Of a stretch of DNA of 64,000 nt, positions 23,446 through 34,954 are shown piece by piece. A model generated the notes under the pieces. The model searched no databases, was not told the DNA's origin, and was given only the letters and a program-made list of their open reading frames with translations. Source of the DNA: Octopus bimaculoides (taxonomy: Eukaryota); assembly GCF_001194135.2 (NCBI RefSeq), contig NC_068986.1, forward strand, positions 4,107,554-4,171,553, in the 5' to 3' direction. Positions within the stretch are counted from its first letter, which is position 1, and the number at the start of each line of letters is the position of its first letter. The position numbers and the translations under genes are program-made.

Positions 23446-23965
23446 GTATAATGATTTGGGATAGGGAAGAGAAACTGCGCAAATTTGTGGAAACTAGCTG
23501 CCGGGCAGATGTTAACATAAAGCTAAAGATCAGTGAGAAAGAGAACACTTATGCTGAACTATTGAGAAATCTGCAGTTACTCTATCCAGATTACAAATTT
23601 AGGTTTCTACCTGTAATTATTGCAGCCCTGGGATATGTAACACACTACCTAAATACCAATTTCGAGAAATTAAGCTTTTCAAAACCAGAAAGAAGAAAGC
23701 TAATTTGAAGACTACAGATCCAATCCATCACTGGAACTGTAAAAATCTATGAAACTTTCCAGAATTTATCATTTAAATATGTATGAACATGTCTAGATAT
23801 GTAACTATATACATGAGAATACATACATACACAAAACATACATACATACATACATACATACAAAAATACCCTGTTGATGTTGAAATTCCAATGAAGGAGC
23901 CTTGGATCTAGGTTAGAAACCGGTTCTTTCTCTGTTGGCAAGAAATCTTCAAATAAAACTGAATA
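23446..23965 (+). pseudogene. R4/Dong-type LINE 3' end (REL endonuclease + 3' UTR with ATAC repeats)
   Basis: IMIWDREEK..VETSCRADVN..EKENTY..FLPVIIAALG. Confidence 0.8.
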
Positions 23966-24478
23966 ATGACATACATACATGTGTATGTGTGTGTATATAT
24001 ATATATNNNNNNNNNNNNNNNNNNNNNNNNNNNNNNNNNNNNNNNNNNNNNNNNNNNNNNNNNNNNNNNNNNNNNNNNNNNNNNNNNNNNNNNNNNNNNN
24101 NNNNNNNNNNNNNNNNNNNNNNNNNNNNNNNNNNNNNNNNNNNNNNNNNNNNNNNNNNNNNNNNNNNNNNNNNNNNNNNNNNNNNNNNNNNNNNNNNNNN
24201 NNNNNNNNNNNNNNNNNNNNNNNNNNNNNNNNNNNNNNNNNNNNNNNGTACTCAGAAACCTGGATGTTTGTACATTTACAGATTTTTATTAATGTCACAT
24301 ATTAAATGAAGCGCTTTTCACCTAGTCGTGTAGGTTTTTCAAATTGTACATCACCTCCAAACCTTCAAATATATATATTTCGCTAATTTTTTTTTTTTTG
24401 AGAACTACTAGGTCTTGGTAGACACAACATGTGAGCTATTTCTAGCATATTAAATGTCCACCCTACTGGTCATCTTTC

Positions 24479-24546
<68 letters not shown>

Positions 24547-25249
24547 GAGGGGGAAAGAGAGAGAGAGAGGGAAAGAGAGAGAGAGAGAGAGAGAGATGTG
24601 AATATATACCTTTGTGTGTGTGCATGTGTGTGTGCGCACGTGCGTTGCGTGTGCGTGTGTGTAAATATGTGTAAGTATAAGATCTATTTTTAATCAGTTC
24701 AACATTTGTTCAGGTTCTATCTTTAAGTTACGTCCCTTTGTTTGCGTGTTATTTCCCTTTAATATAAAATACTTATAGCTCTTGTAATTACGTTAGATTT
24801 ATTTTACCTCAGTATTCAGTCAAAAGAACTTTCGTAATTTCCTTAGGAAATAGAAATGCCACAAATCGTTTTCTTTTCCGTCTTATAATTATTGTTTTTA
24901 TTTTTGTTGTAATTCATTTGAAGATGTTCAACAACGAAAAGCTGGTGTCGCTTATACAAGGGAGGTTACTGTGTTGTGCATATTCCGGAGATATGTTTCT
25001 GAATGTTGAAACTACAGCCAAACGACTATGAAAGGTAGAAAATGTGGTGTGTGCATGCATGTATATCTATGTAACAGGAGTTACTGATACACACACACAC
25101 ACACACACACAAACACACATGCGTGTGTAAATACATACATACATACACACACATACATGCATGCGTAAATACATACATAATACATACACACATACATACA
25201 TACATACATATCCATAGATATCAAAACCTGCAAAACCCTGACAACAACC

Positions 25250-25960
25250 GGGAACTTCCACATAAATAGTGATGTTGACAGGCTCTACCTAAGAAGAAAC
25301 GAAGTATATATACAGGAGGCCACATGACATGTGATCTTCTTCTAGCACATTACCAGTCCACCTAGTGGCCTCCTGTATATATACTCGCATATATTTTTAT
25401 ATAAACATATGCAATAATCCTTGAGATCTCAGATATTTTTTTCTGAATCTCCCTGGTTCTTTTAATGTGCTAGTTACTTGGTATTAAATTGATATTAATT
25501 AATATCCAATTTTTTACCCCATTGTTTAATTTAATTAAGAAGAAATGAAGGTAGTAGAAGCCTGAGATCAGTGCAGACGACCTTCAAATGCCGTATAGTA
25601 CAACTCAGGCCGCACCTGCTAAGCAACAGCAGCAAAACTAGATATATAGATGCTGTGCTGAAAAGTGAAGTGAGCAACATTGTACAAGTTGACAGTGAGC
25701 TCATCGAGAAGCACTCTATTCCTGATGATCTCCTATACAGCCCCAAAACAGCTGGGCTCTCTTACCTCAGAGAAGACCTTGATATAAAGCACTCAGCATG
25801 CAAAAAGAACTATGCATGGGTATGTTGCCTGGAAGCTTGAAGACAGTAGAATTGTCATGAAGGGCAGCCTCTCTTGGACACAAGACCACTACATCACATC
25901 ACACTTTGAGGGTTATGCATTTTCAATCCAGGAACAGGAGGTTGCAACAAAGTACCTAAG
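25250..25960 (+). pseudogene. R4/Dong-type LINE thumb-region fragment interrupted by an insertion
   Basis: SDVDRLYLRRNEG | GSRSLRSVQTTFKCR..HGYVAWKLE..FEGYAFSIQEQEVATKYL. Confidence 0.75.
25305..25535. mobile_element. 231-bp insertion with a 15-bp TSD and an internal 21-bp perfect inverted repeat
   Basis: taagaagaaacgaag (25290-25304) / taagaagaaatgaag (25536-25550); IR 25303-25323 vs 25365-25385. Confidence 0.75.
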
Positions 25961-26030
25961 GGTTAAGGTCAGGATTTTCTGTTAGGGTTAGGGTTAAGGT
26001 TTAGGGTTAAGATTAGGGTTTGGGCTGGGG
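25960..26030 (+). repeat. Degenerate interstitial TTAGGG-like repeat
   Basis: gttagggttagggttaaggtttagggttaagattagggtttggg. Confidence 0.7.
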
Positions 26031-26239
26031 TTTTTGTTATGCCGATATAATGATGTCGATTAAGTGACAGCCTATAATCTAATAAGTATGAGAGAAAGAG
26101 GGGTCGTTACCTTGTACGTGACGACAAGAATATAAGAATTTGCGAGACGTTTGTAATAAGTCATAACATACTTATTACTAGAGGTAATGCGTTAACATAT
26201 AAGGTTAATTGAAGGAAAGCTTGTAACATCACATGAATA

Positions 26240-26400
26240 TATTCTTTTGCAACCATGTCTCCAAGCAAACGTGGCGAACGTACGCGCGTGCGGGTGTGTA
26301 TGCGAGTGGCCCGACTCAATGCATGTCGAAGAATCAACAGGCAATAAGTGGCGCGAATTTAGAAAGTGTTCCTTTATATACGGGATGAACTGAAACTCCT
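26240..26400. promoter_or_regulatory. CpG-rich non-repeat patch, possible promoter
   Basis: Dense CpG (acgtacgcgcgtgcggg; gtggcgcgaattt, an E2F-like TTCGCGCC on the minus strand) in an AT-rich background; no transcript evidence. Confidence 0.3.
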
Positions 26401-27040
26401 TGATTTCCACGTCAACCTAAAACTTCTAGAAACTGGAGGGAGATTACTCTCGTTAAATCCCTTTTTCGTTTTGCTTTCCTACTTGACCGCCAGGATTCAC
26501 TACATAACTCCCTCCTCAGACGAGAAATCGATAAGCAAAATTATTGTAGTGATCCAGGGCAGATACGAAGCAAAACGAGGTAGCAGAAACATGTGCTTGC
26601 AAAACAAGTAGTAAAATAGGAAAAAATCAATACATGCATCATGATAGATACTGAATATGATTACAGAGTTTGGTGCAGTAAAGCTTTAGCTACACAACAA
26701 TGCGCATCAAACTAAATGCAAAACATGGCAAAATGAAAATACAATATAAAACATGCATGGGGAAAATATTTGTGAATAAACTTTTTTTGTAAAAGAAATA
26801 GCAAACAGTTTGTTTTGTAACAGAAAGTTAAATATAAATGATTCTGGATAATTTTTGTGGCCAATGTAATGTTCTGCAACTTCTTGTGATATAAGGTTTA
26901 GATATAAGGTTGTGCTTGCGGTGCATATGGTGGTGTTGGTGTAGGAGTGAATGTACGTGGTATGTCAGGTTCTGGAATGAGATTTTTTCTAAGAAAGCTT
27001 TTTTTTTATTCTGTCGATGGACATTGCTTCTTTTCGACCA

Positions 27041-27547
27041 TTAATGCCGACTATGAACTGGTGTGAACATTTGACCGGGACGCATCAAGGTTGTGCCGTA
27101 AAGAAGTTCGGCTGAGGAGAAACCTAAATCTGTCTTAACAGCGGAACGGCAACCAAGAAGAATAATTGGTAGGAATTCGGTCCAACGCTGCGGGTCAGGA
27201 GTAGCGCGTAGTGCAGCTTTTAACTGTCTGTGGAATCGGTCTATCATTCCATTGGAAGTTGGGTGATAACTTGTGTGAATTCGATGAGCATCCAAGTGTC
27301 GTGATATTTCACAGAATAAAGAAGCTTCGAACTGGCGTCCCCTATCAGAGGTTATTTTAGATGGGACACCAAAGCGCGCCACCCAATTGGAAACGAACGC
27401 TTGTGCGATGGATTCGGCTGTGATGTTAATCAGAGGTATGGATTCAGGCCATCGAGAGAAACGATCAATGCAAGTCAAGATGTACGTGAAACCGCGACTA
27501 ACGGGCCAAAGTCCAACAATATCGATGTGGACATGACGGAAACTCAA
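27041..27547 (-). pseudogene. Gypsy/Ty3 integrase core fragment
   Basis: HVHIDIVG, LTCIDRFSRWPE, ITSDRGRQF and YHPTSNGMIDRFHRQLK (rve DDE core). Confidence 0.92.
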
Positions 27548-28121
27548 GCAGCCTTATTACTATTACCAAGCCTTTCTTTAGCTGGTCATCCAAAAGACAT
27601 ATAAACAAATACTTGTCAAGCTTAATGTTAATCATAAAACAGTTACCACTATGCTTTTTAGAATGCAATTTCTATTATGACATATTGAAGATGGTTAGCC
27701 ACTTATTTACTCAGCACATTAATATTTAATGATTGGTCGCCTTACCTATCGTAAGAGTTTTGAACATTGGTTGAGCCTCGTGCCTTGATTAATCGAGTAT
27801 TGTGCGGGATATAGATCGAAGATCCAATCACGTTGTGCGTAATACATTCACGAACAACTAATCAGAATATGCGCTGGAGCCTACCCTCCTTCTATAAATA
27901 GGTCTAACAAATCATCTATGAACAGAGGGGTGAGCGATTTTCATGAAGGCGAATCATGTTATTTTGCTGCCGTTATTCACCTGAGCAAAATTAATATAAC
28001 GGATCCATAGCAATTGCATTACGAATGTATAGAAATTGGAAGGGCGTGACCCAACTCAAATAAACACGTAACCAGTGATTGTCCGAGCTGAATTGCCCAA
28101 ACGATGGACGAGCTATACAAC

Positions 28122-28277
28122 CAGGGGCGGACCCAATGTGGGGCTGAAAGGCACGTGCCCGCCTCAAGAAAAAAAAGTGCGCCTTTCTAAATAATGTTTT
28201 TACACCCTTTTCTCCTGGAATTGTATTCCCTTTTGACCTTGTGCCCTCCCTTCGAAAACTTCCTGGGACTGCGCCTG
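28122..28277. mobile_element. 156-bp MITE with CAGG-type TIRs and a 5-bp TSD
   Basis: caggggcggaccca ... tgggactgcgcctg; acaac at 28117-28121 and 28278-28282. Confidence 0.6.
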
Positions 28278-28508
28278 ACAACCACCAGAATTCGTGATGT
28301 GTTTATTTTGTCCATTGTACTATTTAATGGAGGAATAAAGTCACGATGCTATTTTTAAAGTTTGTTTCTTGTATTATTTCCACGAGTGAACATGCAACAT
28401 ATATTATATAATGTGGTATGCAAGATTCCGTAGTAAAATCAAGGGAGATTTTATAGCGCACCGTTAATCGGTCTTCAAAAAGCAATTCTTTATTTTGATA
28501 TATAACAT

Positions 28509-29991
28509 ACTAGCATAGATACCCAGCGTTGCCTGTCTCACGTGGAATTGAAGAATTAGACTTTTCTTTCATATTTTCTCTCATGAACTGGAATGTCTAT
28601 GATTCGAATTTCATCAAAACTGAAGATTAAGAATTTCAATGGGGGTTCTTTCCCTCTTTACATACACATCCTAACAAAAATTCTAATCACGACATATTTA
28701 TCCCATACTACTCATCTTTACGCTCAGATTCCAAAATCCAAATCTTATAAAACCCATTCAAAGGTTTTTGCTCCTGAAAAATGGACTACATGGAGCTCTG
28801 AAATGTGAAATTTAAGGCCCCTATTAGTGGGGTCTTAAAATCAACCAGAGAAGTTGAATTGTTGGGAATCTTTTTTAACTTGTGTCTTATATCTATTGTT
28901 CAAATTTCTTTGTTATCGGAAATATATGAATGCTCACTGGGTTTGTAAGAGAGAGCAAAGCTATAGGAAACCAAAAGACGAATGATCACAATAAGCAATC
29001 ACCTACTCTACCCTAGACGTTACTACTCCCCAATGTAGGATTCCTCACCGTACAGGTGACCGGCACAGCCGTAAAATGCCTTACGGAACTATAGCAATTG
29101 GAAAGGCGTGACCCAACTCAAATAAACATTAACAACTGTGTGACATGAGGGCTAAGAGGAAATGAAAGTGTCACCTCTGAAATTTACCAATGATCACTAT
29201 GCCGATAGGTAACTGAGCAGAATAAATTTACAATCTATAAATATCTTTGACTGACCAATCACTTATCTGGAAAGTCTTTGAAATTAATATTACCATCTGG
29301 GGACTATCTCTGACCCTGTGATAATAAAAAGACTCAAAGGAGGTCTGCAACCAAATAACTTTACTCAAAATAACACTTTGCAACTGAATCAGTGGAGGCA
29401 AAGCTGCCTCTCCTTTACTTCACAATTTATGCACCACACTGCAGAAATCACAATTTAAGTTTATCTCAAAGCAAACTCTTACACTGTTGTACTATTGAAT
29501 TACAAATAATGCTCATCTTGTATCCTCGGGTGACTCTACAGCTTCTAAGACTACAATTGTATTCGTCTTGGCTTAGGAAAAAGGAACATATTGTATTATA
29601 CCCGCCCTTACGCATTGAATCTAAGTTCCAAATATCATAAGGATCCATTCAATAATTTTGGTCCATGAAAAATGACTAACATTCGGGGGTTAAGCCTCCA
29701 TCAAGAGGTCTTAGAATCATCCAAAGAAATGGAAATTTTGGGTATATTTTAAAATCTACTTTTAATGCCTGTGGTTCAAATTTCATCAAAATCTGAAGGA
29801 TAAGAATTTTCACAGGGTCTTCTGTCCCCCTTTATGCCTCCTCAAAATTGTATGAAACATACGGCCTTACCCTTCTCACTAGGCTTGGATTTTGTGTTCC
29901 AAATTTCATTAGGATCGTTCCAGTAGTTTTCGAGTCTATGAGTAACACACGAATACAAGAATACACAAACATTGATTTTTATATAATAGAT
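28509..29991 (+). mobile_element. Possible non-autonomous Helitron/Helentron-like element
   Basis: 5' actagc..atacccagcgttgcc and 3' ttttatataatagat termini resemble DINE-1/HINE-type ends; no coding support. Confidence 0.3.
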
Positions 29992-30199
29992 AAGCATGTA
30001 CATCTTCTAGAACATTGTCATTTTATAAGATTTTGCTGGCGAATTCTTAAATAAACATAAACATTTATTTACATGAAAGAAAATTAGCTGAAAATTTTCT
30101 TCTAATTCTTTCAAAACTTTCTGCTTAAACTGCATTGAAATCATTTGTGGGGAAGAAAGAGAAACAAAGAAATGCAGCACCAAGCGCTTCAACTGGTCG

Positions 30200-30910
30200 C
30201 ACACCACAAGGTTCAACGGAATCTACTAAAGCAAACTAACACGCTCTCAGCATTTCCACAGGTGATGGCGAGGCTAAGGCGTTGGAAAAGCCAATGATCC
30301 TCACAGACTTCACCTGACACTTCGGTGAGGCATGCTGTCAACGATGATAAGAACTTCGCGGTTAGCGGCCCAGTCCCTCCGAGCGTCTCAAACGCCACAG
30401 GCTGGAAGAGACAGTTCACTGTCAGGTCCCGATACTCCAGAGTTTTGTTCCGTTCGGCTATGGAAGCAGTGACCCTCCCATTTAGTGCTGCATCCAGGAT
30501 ATGGGAGGGAGGAAAAGGGTCACAAACTGTGGCGTCCCAAATGAGGCACCTATCTCTAACTCAGGGACAGAGGGTAAAACCATCTGGTCTCTATCACTTC
30601 TGGATAACTCCGTCGGCTCCAGAACGGATGGGATGGATATTAACCCGAACCAGAGCCCGCTTAATGATTAGGTTTAGCTCGGTGTGACGAGCGAAGCGAC
30701 CAGCATTTAGGCAGCAAGACCGACCGTGAAGATCTGTTGGGTCGAGGGGCCTACTATAGTGGCATCTCAGTCTCCTGCAGACGTCAGCTCCCGCCAAGAG
30801 TGCGATAGATATGTGGAATTCATCTAGACTAAGTAGACCTTCAATGTTGGCCACAGGCAGGGTATCAATCCAGTCTCCCCGTTGCCAATTCTTTTCAAAG
30901 ATTCGTTGAT
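30200..30910 (-). pseudogene. CRE-like REL LINE 3' end (CCHC + endonuclease)
   Basis: CHYSRPLDPTDLHG.SC..NAGRFARHTELNLIIKRAL, RPDGFTLCP, WDATVCD, FQPVAFETLGG and FQRLSLAITCGNAESV motifs. Confidence 0.75.
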
Positions 30911-30919
30911 GAAGTTACT

Positions 30920-31152
30920 CATAGTATAGACATTGCTTCTACATATATTGATGATTCATTTATCACTAGTTCTTCCGCATCTGAACATGAACAATATCTA
31001 CAGTAACTTGTTGCTTGGTTGTTGCATTACGGTGTTGTAATCACTGCCACAAAATGTTTCTTCGGGGTTCCATCTCCAAAATTCTTAGGTTGCATTTTAA
31101 ATAAAGATGGGATTATATAATAATGTGCAAACTATGTTATAGATTTCGCCAC

Positions 31153-31194
<42 letters not shown>

Positions 31195-32358
31195 TAAAAT
31201 TGTGAAAGTTTCTAGTTCTGGTTAATTTCTATGCACACTTCATTCCGCACTGCGCTGAGACAACATATCCTCGTATGGAATTGTTATGTAACCGAAGGAA
31301 GAAAAATCAAAAATTACAGACGGCAATCAAATTACAATTGTTTACAACAATTAAAGACAAATTATCTAAGGCTATTGATTCATCCTATGCCAATGGCGCC
31401 TTTATCTCTTTTCGTGGATGCTTCCGAAGTATACAACAGTTTATTCATAACTCATAGCAGCCATTTTCATTCTTCTTAAAGCGATTAAAACCAACAGAAA
31501 CTAAATACAAGGCTTTCGATCGTGAATTATTAGAAGCCAATTTTGGCTGTTAAAACAATTTTGTCATTTACTTGAAGGGCGACAATTCATCATTTAAACC
31601 GATAATGATCTATTGCTGACTTATGTATTACAGTCAAAACCAGAAAGAAACTTGGCACCTAGCTTTTATCACAGTTTACTGATGGTATTCGGTATCTCCT
31701 CAGAGCTAATAACTGTGCAGCAGACACTTTATTTCGGGTATATATTGATTCCTTACATTCTCTCAGCACAACTGACTTTAAAAAACTCCATCTAATCAGG
31801 AAATGAAGTCGCAACAACTAAGAAATTCAGCTTCAGTGGATTTTTGTCTCTTTCCACTACCTGTTTCTCCAGTGTTTCTTTGGTAATATCTCCATCAATC
31901 GTGAATGATCTTTCGTTCCTTCACATCAGACTAATTTATTTTTCCGCTCTTCATAATTCAACTCATTCTGAAGTTACCTCGTTAGAAAACTGATTTCAGC
32001 TAGATTTGTTTGGCTAAGAATGAAGAATGATATTCAAGAATGAGTTTTAAAATACATAGAGTAACAGAGCTCCGAAATTCATGGGCATATTATTGCACTC
32101 TCAGAACTTTTTCCTATTTCAGATGTTTGCTTTCAACACATACACATAGACTTTGATCAACCTTTACCTCCTGCATATCGCTAGATTTATCTGTTAACGT
32201 GTATTGATGATTGTTCTCGACTCTCTGAAGTCATTCCTATTTAGGAGGACATTTCATCAGCGAAAACTTTGATTTTCTTTCACTGGATTTCACGTTTTGG
32301 AATACCTACCGACAAAGGTCAGAAGGTTGAGTTTACTCTTTATACTGAGTTTATGCAT
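30920..32358 (+). pseudogene. Heavily decayed Gypsy pol (RT end, RNase H, integrase)
   Basis: YIDDSFI, KCFFG..PKFLG, LFVDAS, KYKAFDRELL, HLLEGRQF, HIDFDQPLP, LLTCIDDCSR and WISRFGIP motifs. Confidence 0.8.
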
Positions 32359-32359
32359 T

Positions 32360-32960
32360 TATCAGGTTGTCCGGAAAGTTCTGAGCGATTTCAGGATTTG
32401 TTCCTTTCAGCCTTTCATACTACAATCCTAATCTTAGTATGATTCATATTTTAGAATTGCTTGTAGTACTGAAGCCAAACAGCTAACTTTCACGTTAAAA
32501 ATCAACCTATGTTTTTCTCCTTTCAGCTTTACCATTTGAAATGGATAACCAAAAATTGCATATTCGCCACGTAATGTTTTTCTTTTTCAAAATATGCTGA
32601 AAATGCTGCGGAAACGTGTAAAATCATTTGTGGAGTTTTGGGGGGAAATGCTGTAGATGAATCAACTGTTCGAAGATGGTTTGCAAAATTTAGACGAGGT
32701 GAGTTTAGCTTGGAAGATGACAATTGCTGTGGAAGACCCTCAACCTTAGATGACGATATTTTGAAGGTAACCATTGAAGAAAACTCTAATATTACGACTA
32801 GAAAACTTGCAGAGAAGTTGTAAATTTCCAAAAGTATCATTCGCGAACACTTAGTGAAAATTGGGTATGTTTCTCGCTATAATGTTTGTGCCTCACCAAC
32901 TGTCAGAACAAAACTGCATGAACCGGTATTCCATCTGTGATATGCTTCTGAAGCAATGAA
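32360..32960 (+). mobile_element. Mariner 5' fragment (left TIR + HTH domain)
   Basis: ta-tcaggttgtccggaaagtt terminus; IRHVMFFFF..ENAAET, VDESTVRRWFAKFRRGEFSLEDD..GRPS. Confidence 0.85.
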
Positions 32961-33320
32961 AACCACTTCACATCGCACACTCAGTTCAACTGGACTGCCT
33001 TATCTCGCACCTCTTTTGTAGTTGTTGGCTTTTGAGCTGTTGTTGCGTGAGTTGAAACAATTGAGGAGTATCCCTTTCAAATTAGATCCCGGCATATGCA
33101 GATGGCATCATACCATCATGGTGTCGATTTCACCAAAACAGAGGCGGTTGACACCATTATAAAGGATAGGAGACGGTCGAATGAATTAAGATCAACGCGA
33201 ACAAGTTGGTGGGCTTACAGCTTGGTGCTGTGAGGCAGTTCTATGCCGATGGACGTAGTCGTTGTGTACTGGACCGTCGGATCAGTTAAACTGTTCAGAG
33301 ACCAGTTCGGTCCTGATATT
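32960..33320 (+). pseudogene. Tx1/L1-like RT fragment
   Basis: With frameshifts reads HSVQ.GCLIS..LAFELLLRELKQL, AYADGI (AYADD), KINANKLVGLQLG and FGPDIQV. Confidence 0.6.
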
Positions 33321-33329
33321 CAGGTGAAC

Positions 33330-33480
33330 CGGTACTGAGAAAGGGTTCGAAAGAACTGATAATCGCTAGATTGTGGCTCGATTCCTGGATCAGGCGATAC
33401 GTTGTGTTCTTGAGCAAAACACTTCATTTCATGTTGCTCCAGTCCACTCAGCTGGCAAAAAGGAGTAATCCTGCGACGGG
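33330..33480 (+). mobile_element. tRNA-derived SINE fragment
   Basis: ggctcgattcctgga..ttgtgttcttgagcaaaacacttcatttcatgttgctccagtccactcagctggcaaaa. Confidence 0.75.
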
Positions 33481-34765
33481 AACCGCTTTCTAAGTATTTA
33501 AAGTTGTTGCTGTAGTTGCATGTTCCACATCTCTTATCTCTACATTCTTTTACTAAGAATTCTGATACATTCTCCAATTTGAATTCTACCCTTATGCGGG
33601 GTTTTTTAAGAATTTTTGGTTGGCGTCTACTATGCCATAAGGTGCTTTTTTCAACCAGATTTTTCATTTTGGGGCTTTGTAGGAGTATAGGTAAGTTCGA
33701 TTTTATGGCATGGAAGATGTTGGTTATTCCAGGACTGTATGTGTTAACGAACAGAATTGTGTTTTCATTCACTTTTTCCTTAGGTGTCTGTAGTTGGGTG
33801 ATGTTCAGTTTCATCGCCTTTTTAATTCCCTCATTAATTAATCCTAAGGGGTATTTCTGCATTGTGAGGAAGCCTTTGAGTTCGTTGAGTCGGATTTCAT
33901 GTATTTTGGGGTCAGTCGCTATAGCACAGATGCATTTGCCATGCTGTATGGGATGTTTCTTTTGATGTGTGAGGGATGGCAAGAGTAGAAATTTAAATAT
34001 TGCTGTGACAGTTTATTGTAAAATATGTCTGTTGCGACGGTGGAGTTCTGTATTTTTATGTGGATATCCAGAAATGGTAGTTCATTGCAACTGGATTCTG
34101 TCATGAATTTGATGGATGGGTGAAGTGTGTTCAGTATATTGTTAAATATATTTAGATCTTCATTCGATACGTCCCAGAAGATGAAGCAATCATCAAGGAA
34201 GCGTTTCCACTTTTTAATGATATATTCCTTGTACTCCTGATCAAAAGTATTTTCTACTTCCTCATAACCTTTTTCTTCTAAATATCCCATAACTAAGTTT
34301 GCATATGAGGGCACAAACTGCGTCCCCATAGCCGTGCCCTTTGTCTGTCGATGTTTTATTGTCGAATCTAAAGGTATTTTCTTTTAGTGCTAGACGTATG
34401 TCCTTGGTGATGAAGTCAGTCTTGTAGCGTTCATTTATCCATCCTCTATGTTTCTCTAACCAGTGTTTGATTGCTTCTAGGCCTAAAGTGTGAGGTATAT
34501 TAGTATAGAGATTGGTGACATCAAAACTTGTAAGTATAGTACCTTCTGCAACAGTGGGAGGGATGTGTTGGATGAAATCTATGCCATCTCATACATAACT
34601 GGGTATTAAAGGGCACAAAAGTTTTAGGAATATATCTAAAAAATGACGTAGTTGTTGTGTTGGTGCTTGAGGTCCAGCAACTAACGGTCTTACTTTGAGG
34701 TCAGCAGGCCTTAGTATTTTTACGTACTGGTTCTTCTGCTTATTTATGGCACTTTGTATTTCGGA
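33481..34765 (-). pseudogene. Penelope-like element RT (second family)
   Basis: RPLVAG, SFDVTNLYTNIPH, KGTAMGTQFVPSYANL, WKRFLDDCFIFW, LPFLDI, YLNFYSCHPSHIKRNIPYS and C..KRCGTC. Confidence 0.92.
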
Positions 34766-34766
34766 G

Positions 34767-34815
<49 letters not shown>

Positions 34816-34954
34816 ATATATAAACTATCTGGTGTACCCAGTAATTCCCAGGGGTAAAGATGTTCTATTGAAACTCCTTATTAGTCTGATATAAGAAAGT
34901 AATTGCATTATAACTGCCACAAAAGGTGTATTTTCTGTCCTGAAAAAGTACACT

